This document shows positions 43,438 to 53,000 of a stretch of DNA of 64,000 bases, piece after piece. A program made the translations under genes and the position numbers. Under the pieces are notes generated by a model. It had not been told where the DNA came from. It saw only the letters and a list, made by a program, of their open reading frames with translations, and ran no database searches. Origin of the DNA: a virus (lineage: Duplodnaviria > Heunggongvirae > Uroviricota > Caudoviricetes); IMG/VR virus record IMGVR_UViG_2799113093_000010; one strand, given 5' to 3'. Each line of letters opens with the position of its first letter. Position 1 is the stretch's first letter.

Positions 43438-43758
43438 TCATCGCGGAACCCAATGGATGAGTCCCTGCCAGGTGCTGCGGTATTCGTCAACGGCCTTCTG
43501 CGCCCGGTCGCGGCTCCAGTCGCAGGACTTCCACCACTCGACGGCGTGCCACACGCTGCGAAGGTCCTTCAGGGGAGCGGCTTCCCAGTCGGCGTGCAGC
43601 TGGTTGAAGCGATCAACCAGCGCCCGGGTGTCCCGAGCAGCTCGACTACCAGGAAACGATGCGTCGAGAGTGTCAGCCATCTCATGCAAGCTGCCCATGG
43701 CTCCCAGGACGTCGTCGAGGTCCTTGCAGTACAGGTAGTCGAAGCTGCCGCCGCTCAC
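43438..43758 (-). CDS. hypothetical protein (106 aa)
   Basis: Protein-like, Trp-rich ORF. Confidence 0.45.
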   Translation of the reverse strand: MSGGSFDYLYCKDLDDVLGAMGSLHEMADTLDASFPGSRAARDTRALVDRFNQLHADWEAAPLKDLRSVWHAVEWWKSCDWSRDRAQKAVDEYRSTWQGLIHWVPR

Positions 43759-44111
43759 CGGGCGTCTCCTGCCCAGCCGTGGCAGCAGCCATCGCAGCCA
43801 TGAATCCCCATGCCCTCATAGGGATTCGACGGCGGATACAGGTCGTCGATCACGTCCGCGCTAATGGGTGGCCGCCACTCCTTCGCAGCCTTCGTCCAGA
43901 ACTCGAACTGGTCCGGGTCCGGGTGCCCGACACCATGAGGGCAGGTGCGCTCGAACAGCTTTCGGTCGTTGCGCCACACCAGCGGCCACGTCCGCATGTG
44001 GTGATCGGACGGGTTGTGGATCACGCACCGCGTCCCGACGCAGTTGTCCATCGGGTGCACGTTCACCAGCAGGTTCCCCTCGGTGCCGGTCACGAACGGC
44101 TTTTCGCTCAT
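43755..44111 (-). CDS. hypothetical Cys/His-rich protein (118 aa)
   Basis: CHG...CDGCCHGW motif; coupled to neighbours. Confidence 0.45.
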   Translation of the reverse strand: MSEKPFVTGTEGNLLVNVHPMDNCVGTRCVIHNPSDHHMRTWPLVWRNDRKLFERTCPHGVGHPDPDQFEFWTKAAKEWRPPISADVIDDLYPPSNPYEGMGIHGCDGCCHGWAGDAR

Positions 44112-44572
44112 GCCGGCACCGCCTGCCCGGCCGCGCGGTAGGCGAGTGCCTGAACCACCCGCTGCGGCAACGGCTCCGGTGTCTTGTTGATCGCGGTCTT
44201 GCGGACCACCTCAACCCGGCCGTTGGGATGCACCCACCACAGCCCGCATCCGTACACCGGTGGCTGGTCGATCAGCCCGGCCGGGACGGCGTACACGTAG
44301 CGGTGCACGACCTTCCGCCACGGATGCACCTTGCGCCACGATTCACGGCCTGCGTCGGCCTTGGACACCTTGATCTCGATCGTGGTCCGTTCGAGAGTGT
44401 CGAACATCAGCGCATCGATGCGGCGGGTCTGCGGCTCCAGCAGCGTGAACTTGCCGGCGTCGGGGTTGTCGGCGTTCCAGTCCACGTAGTCGTCGACGAT
44501 CACCACCTCGGGCACCAGGGCGGCCGAACGGTGATGCCAGCGCAGCGCGTCCAGGACGTCTTTCGCGGTCAT
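44108..44572 (-). CDS. hypothetical protein (about 154 aa)
   Basis: ATG at 44572 with RBS GGAG. The upstream 244 aa of the 398-aa track ORF overlap the phosphoesterase gene and are rejected. Confidence 0.45.
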   Translation of the reverse strand: MTAKDVLDALRWHHRSAALVPEVVIVDDYVDWNADNPDAGKFTLLEPQTRRIDALMFDTLERTTIEIKVSKADAGRESWRKVHPWRKVVHRYVYAVPAGLIDQPPVYGCGLWWVHPNGRVEVVRKTAINKTPEPLPQRVVQALAYRAAGQAVPA

Positions 44573-44586
44573 CTGCTCCGACGCGG

Positions 44587-45216
44587 TCACCACTCGGCTC
44601 CCAGCTGCTCGATGCCTTCGGCGAGCACGTCGATGTTGACCGGCGACATGTGCCAGGCGTCCACGCCGACATGGAGCTGCCGCTGGTGCACGTGCGGCAG
44701 GAAACTCGACCGAGAATGGGTGTGCCCGTGCAGCAGCCACTCGCCCTCGTCCCGAAGCCGATACTGGTTGTACCGCTGCTCCGTGGTGTGGTCGCCGCGG
44801 TACGGCAGATGCGACAGCAGCGCAGTGTGGCCGCCGACACGGCGCCGCGCGAACGGCTGCACCGAATGGAACACCTCCAGGTACAACGGCTGCCACTTGT
44901 GGGCGTCCCGATACATGGGGTGCACCCGGTCGTGGTTGCCGGGCACGAGGTGCTTCTCGCCGGGCCGGGCCGCGATCCATTCCAGCGCGTTCCGTTGTGC
45001 TGCTGACGATCCGGCACTGATGTCGCCCAACACCCACACCTGATCGCCAGGCTGAACAACGGCGTCCCAGTTGTGGGCGAGCAGGCCGTCGTTCCAAGCG
45101 ACCGCAACGTCCTGGGACATCTTCCAGGAGAGAAGGACACCAGCTCGCTCGGCGCGATCCAACGCCACCAGCAGATGTCCGATATGGAGGTCGGAGGTGA
45201 ACCAGACAGTCGTCAT
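44587..45216 (-). CDS. calcineurin-like metallophosphoesterase (209 aa)
   Basis: Motifs WFTSDLHIGH, GDISAG, GNHD and GHTH. Confidence 0.75.
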   Translation of the reverse strand: MTTVWFTSDLHIGHLLVALDRAERAGVLLSWKMSQDVAVAWNDGLLAHNWDAVVQPGDQVWVLGDISAGSSAAQRNALEWIAARPGEKHLVPGNHDRVHPMYRDAHKWQPLYLEVFHSVQPFARRRVGGHTALLSHLPYRGDHTTEQRYNQYRLRDEGEWLLHGHTHSRSSFLPHVHQRQLHVGVDAWHMSPVNIDVLAEGIEQLGAEW

Positions 45217-45647
45217 CGCGTGCTCCCCACCAAGACTTCGCTAGGGGAACTGCTGGGTTGCACCAGCATCCGTGTACGGCGCTCGGGCCGCGGGAACAGG
45301 CCATCCATGCCGGGTGGATCGCGGCGTGGACGTGGTTCCCCGTTTCCGCCGTCGTCCGGGCCGCGGAACTCGATGCAGTGGTACTGGTCCCCGAATCGGT
45401 ACTCGGGTTGCTCCATCCACTCGGTTGGCGTCTTGCCGTTCAGGGCGGCGCAGATCAGAGGGCAGCCGCCGGGGAACTCGGTGGGCGCCGTCTTGCGCTT
45501 GCCCTCTTCGTAGCGGCGCCAGGCCAGCTCGGCAGGGTTATGGCAGCGGTAACACCAGTTCTCCATCCAGCCATGGCCCTCGGTGCCGTTCGAGAACGGT
45601 GAACGGTCGCGGGCAGTGTCCATAATCTCGGCGTAGGTCCGCATCAC
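45213..45647 (-). CDS. hypothetical protein (144 aa)
   Basis: ORF; stop overlaps the phosphoesterase start (ATGA). Confidence 0.4.
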   Translation of the reverse strand: MMRTYAEIMDTARDRSPFSNGTEGHGWMENWCYRCHNPAELAWRRYEEGKRKTAPTEFPGGCPLICAALNGKTPTEWMEQPEYRFGDQYHCIEFRGPDDGGNGEPRPRRDPPGMDGLFPRPERRTRMLVQPSSSPSEVLVGSTR

Positions 45648-45856
45648 TGGTGGCCCGTCACGAGTTCAAGCTCGTCGGCCTTGTACCAGCGGAATGCGTC
45701 GGCCAGACGCTTGGCTGCGTCAGGGTGGTCGGCGTCGGGCCGCAGGTAGTACAGGCCGTCTTCCACTCCGCGTCGTGGAACGACAGCGACCCGGTATACC
45801 TTCTTGCCCTTGCCGATTCGCACCAGAGCGTTTCGGGGAATCCGCTTCTTCGCCAT
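45644..45856 (-). CDS. hypothetical small basic protein (about 70 aa)
   Basis: Start MAKKRIPRNALVRIGKGKK...; coupled. Confidence 0.4.
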   Translation of the reverse strand: MAKKRIPRNALVRIGKGKKVYRVAVVPRRGVEDGLYYLRPDADHPDAAKRLADAFRWYKADELELVTGHQ

Positions 45857-46179
45857 CACGCCGCCCACTCGCGAACAGTCGTCCCGTCCGGGCATTCGAG
45901 AATTAGCGCGGGGTCCTCGGGCCGGTCGGGTCGACCACCGAATCTGACTGGCCACCGCCACACGCGCGTAGGGTCGGCGTGCAGGAGCGAGAGCACCCAC
46001 CCTTCGCCGACGTCGCGAAGTGAGGGGTCGGAGTCGAATACGGCTCGTACCCATAGGCGTTCACCAGTGGGCGACTCGACGATCACGGTTGCGCCGTTGA
46101 GCGCATCGAATTCCTCGGTGAATGCGCCCTCGACTTCCAGTAGGTCGTCGCTGGCTCCGTACAGAACTATTTCGCTCAT
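45856..46179 (-). CDS. hypothetical protein (107 aa)
   Basis: Acidic ORF. Confidence 0.4.
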   Translation of the reverse strand: MSEIVLYGASDDLLEVEGAFTEEFDALNGATVIVESPTGERLWVRAVFDSDPSLRDVGEGWVLSLLHADPTRVWRWPVRFGGRPDRPEDPALILECPDGTTVREWAA

Positions 46180-46180
46180 G

Positions 46181-46393
46181 TCAGTTCACTCCGTAGGTGG
46201 CGATCTTGTGGGGGTGGTGTGCGCCGAAGAACAGGGCCTCGATGCATGCGGCGCAGCACTTCTGGATGGTTGGTCCGTCGACCATGAATGGGCTGTTTAT
46301 GGTGCGGCCGTTGACTTCGGCGGCAGGGAGGACGCCTTGTCCGGCGCAGCACAGGCAGTCGTCGCCGGTGTCGGGTAGGTCGTCGATCGCCAT
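46181..46393 (-). CDS. Cys-rich small protein (70 aa)
   Basis: CLCCAG...CCAAC motifs. Confidence 0.35.
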   Translation of the reverse strand: MAIDDLPDTGDDCLCCAGQGVLPAAEVNGRTINSPFMVDGPTIQKCCAACIEALFFGAHHPHKIATYGVN

Positions 46394-46601
46394 CTGGTTA
46401 TCTCCTTGGAGTTGAGGCTGTTTGGGTTATCCGCCGCCGGATATTTCGCCGGCGTCGTGTCTGACATTCGGATTGACGGCGTTGGCGATGGCCTGGCAGT
46501 CGGGGCAGACGCTGATCACGAACCTGGCGCGGAACTCGCCGTCGCACAGCTGGCAGAAGAAGTAGAACCAGGTCAGGGATGGCTTGCGGAGCATCAGTTG
46601 G

Positions 46602-46793
46602 TCACCAGCACTCTCCGTTGTGGACGAGGCGGCAGCTGCCGCACACGTCCTGAAGATTGATGGGCTCCAGTGGGTCTGGGCAGTCGGCGTGGACGACGTT
46701 GTCGTCGTCGTACCGGCACGAGTCACCGACGTGAATCGGCTCGGCGCAGTTCTCGCACTCGCCCTCGTATTTGGCGGTGAACACGGCCGTCAT
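46602..46793 (-). CDS. Cys-rich small protein (63 aa)
   Basis: CENC...C...C...CGSC motif set. Confidence 0.4.
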   Translation of the reverse strand: MTAVFTAKYEGECENCAEPIHVGDSCRYDDDNVVHADCPDPLEPINLQDVCGSCRLVHNGECW

Positions 46794-47062
46794 AGCAGCC
46801 CCTCGACAGGCGGGTGCTCACCGAGCACGGCATCCATCTCTATATCGGCCGCACCCGAGCCTGGGAACCGGAACGTCGTGCGGACCCGCTCAGTGACGAC
46901 CACCCGGTGGCCCTGCAGCGACTTGTGGCGCTTCGCGAAACCGTCCGCCTTGCCGCGGTCGGAATGCGGGAACACCCACTCGGGCTTGCCGCCGTCCGCC
47001 GGCTGGCAGTCGGCGCACTCCGCTACCCACAGCCAATCCGACCCCTTCGTCTGTCCGGTCAT
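46790..47062 (-). CDS. hypothetical protein (90 aa)
   Basis: ORF; ATGA coupling. Confidence 0.4.
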   Translation of the reverse strand: MTGQTKGSDWLWVAECADCQPADGGKPEWVFPHSDRGKADGFAKRHKSLQGHRVVVTERVRTTFRFPGSGAADIEMDAVLGEHPPVEGLL

Positions 47063-47337
47063 CGACGGTGCTTCCGGCGCTGCCGACGATTCGGGCCGAG
47101 GTGCACCGCCTGCCGAGGCTGGTTGGCCGGCGGTGTCTGCTTCGGCGGGATCGTGCGGAACGAGACGCGGGTGATGTCGCTGTCCGGCAGATACGTTGCG
47201 GCGACGGGCACGTAGTAGGCGCCGAACATGTCGGGTCCGAACGGATGGGTGTCTCGCATGATGTGGTCGGCGATGTCCCCGCGGTAGTTGAGGGTGTTCC
47301 GGTTCGCGCCGGGGAACAGGTCGGTGAAGTCAGCCAT
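47059..47337 (-). CDS. hypothetical protein (about 92 aa)
   Basis: Start MADFTDLFPG...; upstream extension rejected. Confidence 0.4.
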   Translation of the reverse strand: MADFTDLFPGANRNTLNYRGDIADHIMRDTHPFGPDMFGAYYVPVAATYLPDSDITRVSFRTIPPKQTPPANQPRQAVHLGPNRRQRRKHRR

Positions 47338-47818
47338 CGGTTGCCGCCTTTCGGTCGAGTTCTTCGCATGCGATACACAGGGTTTTGGTGACCCCGAGCC
47401 GGGTTCCCTTGCACGCGTTCGGCTTGCCGCGCTGCTCGCAGTCGGGCGGCGCGGTCCAGCCGTTGATGTAGTCGCGGGAGATACCGATCTGCCGGGCCGC
47501 GTCCTTGGTGAGCTTGCGGTCCTCGCTATCCCAGTCACACTGCGGCTCCAGCCATTCCGCGAACGCCCGGACCTTTTCGAGGTCAATAGCGCGAGGTTGG
47601 CCGGGCCACTCGTGCGGATCTTCTTCCTGCACCTTCGTGACGAGACGGCCGGAAGGGACGTTGCACACCATCCACACGGCAGCGTTGAGGCTCAACTCGT
47701 CGGTGTCGCGGTTCACCATGATGCAAGGGGCCGCAGCCAGGTGTTCGGTCAGCTGGACGGCGGACACCGTGACCGTCTGGCCTTCTTCGTTGGGGATATC
47801 GAGCTGGATTATCGTCAT
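47330..47818 (-). CDS. hypothetical protein (162 aa)
   Basis: Protein-like ORF. Confidence 0.45.
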   Translation of the reverse strand: MTIIQLDIPNEEGQTVTVSAVQLTEHLAAAPCIMVNRDTDELSLNAAVWMVCNVPSGRLVTKVQEEDPHEWPGQPRAIDLEKVRAFAEWLEPQCDWDSEDRKLTKDAARQIGISRDYINGWTAPPDCEQRGKPNACKGTRLGVTKTLCIACEELDRKAATDG

Positions 47819-48099
47819 GCCGGCAGCTCCGGCTCCAGCGTCGCCAGGACAGGCTTGATGATCCGCGCGGGATCGATGTCGACGGCGAGTTCCGCTGTGA
47901 TAGGGGAGAATTCGTCGGAAGTGATACCTACCCCGATGCGGACGGTGACCTGGTCGCGTTCGAGCTTGGCGGGCCGGTTGGCGCGGTACCCGACGATGCG
48001 GACACCGCTCACGGGCTTCAGCCCGTTCTCATCGACGCGCCCGTAGTGGCTGCGGGTGGCTTCCAGGATCAGGTAACCGGTGGCGGTGTGCTTGGTCAT
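47815..48099 (-). CDS. hypothetical protein (94 aa)
   Basis: ORF; coupled. Confidence 0.4.
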   Translation of the reverse strand: MTKHTATGYLILEATRSHYGRVDENGLKPVSGVRIVGYRANRPAKLERDQVTVRIGVGITSDEFSPITAELAVDIDPARIIKPVLATLEPELPA

Positions 48100-48473
48100 C
48101 GAGCACCTGCCTTCTTCGACCCGAACAGGCGCCCGAACTCCACCATCGGCTCCATCGGCGAATACACGTCACCCGGGCACGCCTCGACCAACACCTCGTC
48201 GCCCCAACGCTTCGCGGCGGCACGACCCCACTGCTTGACCTTGTCGTCGCGGCAGTCGGTGGGCTGCATACTCGCCAGCCAGCCGAACTGATCGGTGAGG
48301 TACTTGCGACACACGTCCGCGGCCCGCGGCATCTGCGGCACGTACAGCTCGTGACCCACCATGAACGACAGCAGCCGCTGCACGTCGCCGAGCGTCGAGA
48401 TCAATCCTTCGGGTAGCCCGTTGGCGACAGTGAGCACTGCCGCCAACGGGAACCGCTCCTTGCGGACACCCAT
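48096..48473 (-). CDS. hypothetical protein (125 aa)
   Basis: ORF. Confidence 0.4.
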   Translation of the reverse strand: MGVRKERFPLAAVLTVANGLPEGLISTLGDVQRLLSFMVGHELYVPQMPRAADVCRKYLTDQFGWLASMQPTDCRDDKVKQWGRAAAKRWGDEVLVEACPGDVYSPMEPMVEFGRLFGSKKAGAR

Positions 48474-49298
48474 TTAGATAGCCCGGATAACTTCTGGCGC
48501 AGGACCGTAGACCAGCTTCAGGGTTTCGGGCAGCTTGGCCACTTCGGCGTCGAACGCAGCGTCCTTGACGTCTGCGGCCCGATCCAGCTTGTAGCCCAAC
48601 TCCAACCCCTGCGAACTGGTCCGGTACCGCAGCAGCGCACTCAGCTCGAAGCTCGCGCCCCGCTCATAGACGGGGAGACGCAGCTCGAACCGCTCGGGCA
48701 CCTCGACCGTGCCGCCCTTGCCGCCGGCGGTGGCCGTGGTTTCCTCTCGGTACTCGAACTGAATCTCGCCGGAATTCACCCGCTGCCCGGACTCGAACGA
48801 CACGTTGCGCTTCGTCTGGAATGTCTGCGCAACCTCCATCAGGTCCGCGGCCGGAGGCGCGGTGATGCACGACAGCCCGTCCTCCAGGTGCTCCGCGAAC
48901 TTGAGCTGCGACAGAAGCTGGCCGTTCTTGCTGGACCAGTGCTGCCACTCCCGGGACACCTGGAGGTCCAACACGATTCGGTGATCGCGCCAGCCGTTGT
49001 AGTTGAGCACCGCCGTCACGGTGTCGTTGGACCGGTTGGCGAACGCAATCGCATCCAGCTCAGCGAGCTGGGTGAGCAGCAAGTTGAAGCTGCCCACGTC
49101 GAGTACGAGGCTGGTGCCGCGGTCGCGGCGCGGATTCGGTAGGTACTCCTCCAGCGACTCGAACTCCCGAGTCTCGTCGTCTCGGGTCACGTAGGACACA
49201 AGGTGCTGGTTGTCGGGTACCACCGAGTCGATACCACGCGCTCCGGCGCGGGTCAGCTCGGCGACAGCGTCAGCCTCGGTACGGATTTCGTCGGTCAT
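48474..49298 (-). CDS. hypothetical protein (274 aa)
   Basis: Long protein-like ORF. Confidence 0.45.
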   Translation of the reverse strand: MTDEIRTEADAVAELTRAGARGIDSVVPDNQHLVSYVTRDDETREFESLEEYLPNPRRDRGTSLVLDVGSFNLLLTQLAELDAIAFANRSNDTVTAVLNYNGWRDHRIVLDLQVSREWQHWSSKNGQLLSQLKFAEHLEDGLSCITAPPAADLMEVAQTFQTKRNVSFESGQRVNSGEIQFEYREETTATAGGKGGTVEVPERFELRLPVYERGASFELSALLRYRTSSQGLELGYKLDRAADVKDAAFDAEVAKLPETLKLVYGPAPEVIRAI

Positions 49299-49302
49299 AG
49301 AG

Positions 49303-49671
49303 TCACGCTTCCTTTACGGCGGGAGGGGTGGCCGGCACGGATGGCACGGCCTGGATGGAGGAGAAATCGAGCTGGCTCGGATCGGACCGGGATACGTTGC
49401 CGTCCTTGTCCACGAACCACAGCGATGTCTGCCGAGATGCCTTCGGCGGGTTGACCACCACGTCGTCCTCGATGGTCAACATGACGGTGTTCTTCTGTTC
49501 GGCGACCTTCAGCTTGAGCGTCAACGTCCCGGACTTTCCGGTCGCCTTGACCGCCTCGACCACGTCGTGGAGGCCCTGCGTCAGCTCCTCGTGGACGCGG
49601 CCCTTGTTCAGCTCCCGCAGGAAGTCGGCGAACGGCCGAACGAACTTCGGGTCCTCATCGGGTGTGGTCAT
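49303..49671 (-). CDS. hypothetical protein (122 aa)
   Basis: ORF. Confidence 0.4.
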   Translation of the reverse strand: MTTPDEDPKFVRPFADFLRELNKGRVHEELTQGLHDVVEAVKATGKSGTLTLKLKVAEQKNTVMLTIEDDVVVNPPKASRQTSLWFVDKDGNVSRSDPSQLDFSSIQAVPSVPATPPAVKEA

Positions 49672-49970
49672 TCGGGGTCGCCGCCCTTCTTCAGTCCGTA
49701 GGTGAGGAACTGGGCGAAGGCGCTGTCCCGCAGGTGTTCTGGGAGCAGGGTTTCGATCATCATTCGCGCGGTGGACTGGGCCAAGAAGTAGCCGACCCGA
49801 AGTGCGGCTTCGCCCTGCTCACGTATGCCCGTCTCCTGCTTGACGGCGATTTGGTGGACCACCGGCAATACGGAGTCGATGACGATCTGTTCCTCCGGGG
49901 TTGGCTTATGCATCCGCTTCCGCGGTGGCCCATCCACCTCGGGGGGTGGGCTGATCTCTGTGTCCAACAT
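49668..49970 (-). CDS. hypothetical protein (100 aa)
   Basis: ORF. Confidence 0.4.
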   Translation of the reverse strand: MLDTEISPPPEVDGPPRKRMHKPTPEEQIVIDSVLPVVHQIAVKQETGIREQGEAALRVGYFLAQSTARMMIETLLPEHLRDSAFAQFLTYGLKKGGDPE

Positions 49971-49994
49971 GGGTTTTCCTCTCTTGGTTGGGTG

Positions 49995-50882
49995 TTACTT
50001 GGTGGGTGCGGGGATCGTGGCGAGTGCGCCGGTGCCGGGCCAGCAGCCCCATGGCGACATGCTCTTGTCCAGGGCCTTGGTGATGCAGTTGGCGACGATC
50101 ACGTTGGGGTCGTTGGACACCGAGGACGCGAGGATGCGGTTGGCGTCGGCCTGTGCCTGCGCGGTCTGCTTCGCCTGCTCGGCCTTGGCGGTGTTGGCGC
50201 GCTCCGCGTTCAGCTCATTGATGCGCTGCTCGGTGCCCTGGTCGTACTCGATCGTGGGGACCGCGACGTCGATCACGTCGACCTGCGCACCTACCAGGCC
50301 GCGGAGCTTGCCGGCGGCGTCCTTCGCGAATACCTCCAGCGGTAGCCCGTTGGCCCATTTGGTGGCCAGCGGATCGAGCTGGGAGAACACGTCGTTCAGT
50401 GCGACCTGCAGGTTGCGGGTGATCAGGTTGGTGCGGACGTTGTCGAAGGACCGATATTGCACGTACAGGTCTGCGGCGGCGTCCTGCTTGATCTGCCAGC
50501 GCACCGACACGTCGGCGTCGGCGGTCGAGCTGTTCCCGAGCCGGACCTTGATGCGGTGGTCGCCCTCGTACTTGTCGATTTGGACGGCGGCGTCCATCTC
50601 GTCAACCGTCGCCCAGGGCTTCTTCCAGTGCAGCCCGTTGGAAAGGGTTTCCCCCGAGGGCTTCCCGAACACCGTCTCGATGCCGACCTTGCGGGTGCCG
50701 ACCACGGTGAAGCACCCGAGGAACAGGAACACCAGCGCCAGGATCACGCCGAGGAATCCGGCACCCATGGATGCGACGGCGCCTTCGGAGTCGTGGACAA
50801 GGAACTTCGTTCCTATACCGCCGAACAGCAGCAGCAGCGCTATGCCGCCTATGACAAGGAATGTGATGAATTCCCAGGACAT
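49995..50882 (-). CDS. SPFH/band-7 (prohibitin-stomatin-like) membrane protein (295 aa)
   Basis: N-terminal TM helix FITFLVIGGIALLLLFGGI followed by a band-7-like body and an Ala/Gln-rich coiled coil (RANTAKAEQAKQTAQAQADANR). Confidence 0.6.
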   Translation of the reverse strand: MSWEFITFLVIGGIALLLLFGGIGTKFLVHDSEGAVASMGAGFLGVILALVFLFLGCFTVVGTRKVGIETVFGKPSGETLSNGLHWKKPWATVDEMDAAVQIDKYEGDHRIKVRLGNSSTADADVSVRWQIKQDAAADLYVQYRSFDNVRTNLITRNLQVALNDVFSQLDPLATKWANGLPLEVFAKDAAGKLRGLVGAQVDVIDVAVPTIEYDQGTEQRINELNAERANTAKAEQAKQTAQAQADANRILASSVSNDPNVIVANCITKALDKSMSPWGCWPGTGALATIPAPTK

Positions 50883-50886
50883 TTGG

Positions 50887-52104
50887 TTAGTTCTCCTTCT
50901 GTTGGGTGGGGAAGTCGGCCGCGAGAAGTGCGGTCGCCTCGTCTTCGGACAGGTCGTTAAGGTCCGAAATCTCTCGGTTGATCACCGTTTTGATCTGGGC
51001 GTACGTCGTGGCCGCCGCCTCCTTGGTGCGGAGCGAGTAGCCGGCGTTGCCCAGGAGCCCGCGCAGGGTGCCCAGGTCCTTCTTGGTGGCGAGGTACTCG
51101 CCTTGCGAATTGACCTCTGCAGCAGGGTCATCGGACGTTGCGGCGCCGGACGGTGGCGGCGTGGAAAGCACACCGTCCGGCGCGGGGACCTCCTCGGCCG
51201 CGGGCTCTGTAGCACCGACACCCTGTTCCGGGTGCTCTGAGGTGGGTGCCAGATCACCGGCTGACGGTGCCTCGGGGTCCTTCTGTGTTGGCTTCGTGGG
51301 TTCGGCAGCGCGCGAAGTGATGTCGGCTTCGGTCAGCTGCGCGGTGGACGTGAAGACCTCGGTCTTGTCCATCCCGTCGCGGGTAATGGAGGTGTAGGTG
51401 ATACCCATCTGCGCGACGTCGCCGGCGTCCCAGGAGCCGCGCTTCTTCCCGATCTTGGCTTCCATCTGTGCCTGGGTGATACCCAGCTCCTGCCGGAACT
51501 TCGACACCATGGTTTCGATGCGGTCCTTGAGCGGAACGCCCTCGCCGTTCTCCAGGGTGTTGCGGCACAGGTCCTGCGCCATCTCGGTGAACCACTTCGG
51601 GAGGATCGCCGAGATGCATTCGCGGACAGCGCGAGCACCGGCGTTGTTGTTGTTGTTCGTGATGTCGCCGAGGTCGGTCAGCTCCTCGCGTCGGCCGCGC
51701 GCCATGCGGGCGTGCGGGACGATGAAGGTGCGGGTGGCGCGAGTGTTGGTCTGGACATCCCATGCCCATGCCTGGATCTCAGACTCGGCCTTGACGTCGT
51801 CGCGGTGCAGCTCGTTGACGCCGTATTGGACGTTGCCCCACAGTCGGGCCAGCTCGCGCATGAGGTGCACGGACGGGCCGGTGCCGCGGTTGGGTACCTG
51901 GTAGAACGCCTGCGCGGCCATAGCCATGCGGCTGCAGGTGTCCCGCATCTCGGCTTCGGCGCGGTTGAGGTCGCGTGGAATCTGCTGGGCCACAATCACG
52001 GCGGACTGCACTTCGGCGACGGCGCGGGACTGCTCCACCGAGGTCACCTGACTGATGGCGGTGCGCGGTGCGGCGGCGATGGGCTGGTAAGGGGTGACGG
52101 TCAT
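50887..52104 (-). CDS. RecT-like single-strand annealing protein (about 405 aa)
   Basis: Immediately downstream of, and coupled to, a PD-(D/E)xK exonuclease gene (RecE/RecT-type pair). Start MTVTPYQP...; long acidic Pro-rich C-terminal tail. Confidence 0.5.
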   Translation of the reverse strand: MTVTPYQPIAAAPRTAISQVTSVEQSRAVAEVQSAVIVAQQIPRDLNRAEAEMRDTCSRMAMAAQAFYQVPNRGTGPSVHLMRELARLWGNVQYGVNELHRDDVKAESEIQAWAWDVQTNTRATRTFIVPHARMARGRREELTDLGDITNNNNNAGARAVRECISAILPKWFTEMAQDLCRNTLENGEGVPLKDRIETMVSKFRQELGITQAQMEAKIGKKRGSWDAGDVAQMGITYTSITRDGMDKTEVFTSTAQLTEADITSRAAEPTKPTQKDPEAPSAGDLAPTSEHPEQGVGATEPAAEEVPAPDGVLSTPPPSGAATSDDPAAEVNSQGEYLATKKDLGTLRGLLGNAGYSLRTKEAAATTYAQIKTVINREISDLNDLSEDEATALLAADFPTQQKEN

Positions 52105-53000
52105 GCTTCGAGATCTCCTTCTTGCTGGTAGATGGCGTAACTGGGTAGGGACACGGAGTGGATGCCGTCGCCGTAGCCGGGCCACTGGTCGGTGCCGGCG
52201 CAGTGGGCGTAGACGTCGATGGCTTTCCGGTTTCGGCGTCGTCCGAGGTCGACGTCGCGGGCGTCCAGCTCGACGACCGTCACTGGGTATGGGGCGGTCT
52301 TGGACTGGACGATGAACACGAACGCGGCGTCGTCGGCGATCTCGGTGGCGGCCAAGCCGTCGAGGTACCAGGCGACTTGCATGTGGTAGCCGTATTCGGC
52401 TGCCGCCTTGGAGAAGTGGCCTGGGTATGCGGAGGTCGCGGTCTTGTAGTCGACGACGATCAGCCGGTTGCGTCCGGGGTTGGGCAGCCAGTCGGGCCGG
52501 AATCGGAGTCGTACACCGGTGGCCGGGTCGTGCCAGTACCCGGACAGCTCGGGGGTGCCGTCCGATAGCAGCATGCGTGCGATCGGATGCTCGTGCACCT
52601 TGGCCGCCATCGCCTTGGCCTTCTCGACCTCCGCGATGTGCACAGGCACCTGGCCGCGAGCGCGGGCCTCGTCAACTGCCTGCTTCCATCCGGCCGTCGA
52701 CGTCGGCGCGTCCGATACCGAGCCGTCTTTCTTCAACCCGTGCACGGCCGGGTCGAGGACTGCTATGTCGCTGCCCTCGCCGAGCACGTACTTGTGGGCC
52801 AGGTGTCCGAAGTCGTACTGCGGCTTTGGTTTCGGCGGCTCGTTTCGCTGGTGGTCGAACAGTTCCGGGCTCGACGGCGGCAGGAGGCCGCGGGCACCGG
52901 AGGACGAGAGGCTGAAGCGGTCGGCGTGGTACACCTCGTCCGGGATGCCGGCATACACGCCGTCTGCTGCCGGGATCTCGATGTCCTCGGTGGTGGTCAC
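52101..53000 (-). CDS. RecE/RecB-family PD-(D/E)xK exonuclease (299 aa)
   Basis: Motif LIVVDYKTAT (D...DYK) plus downstream QVAWY. Confidence 0.65.
   Translation of the reverse strand: MTTTEDIEIPAADGVYAGIPDEVYHADRFSLSSSGARGLLPPSSPELFDHQRNEPPKPKPQYDFGHLAHKYVLGEGSDIAVLDPAVHGLKKDGSVSDAPTSTAGWKQAVDEARARGQVPVHIAEVEKAKAMAAKVHEHPIARMLLSDGTPELSGYWHDPATGVRLRFRPDWLPNPGRNRLIVVDYKTATSAYPGHFSKAAAEYGYHMQVAWYLDGLAATEIADDAAFVFIVQSKTAPYPVTVVELDARDVDLGRRRNRKAIDVYAHCAGTDQWPGYGDGIHSVSLPSYAIYQQEGDLEA

Noticed and set aside
44573-45304. Upstream portion of the 398-aa ORF 44108..45304 and the 265-aa ORF 44343..45140
   Set aside because: They overlap the metallophosphoesterase gene (clear motifs) in other frames. 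Only the C-terminal 154 aa from the ATG at 44572, which has an RBS, look coding.
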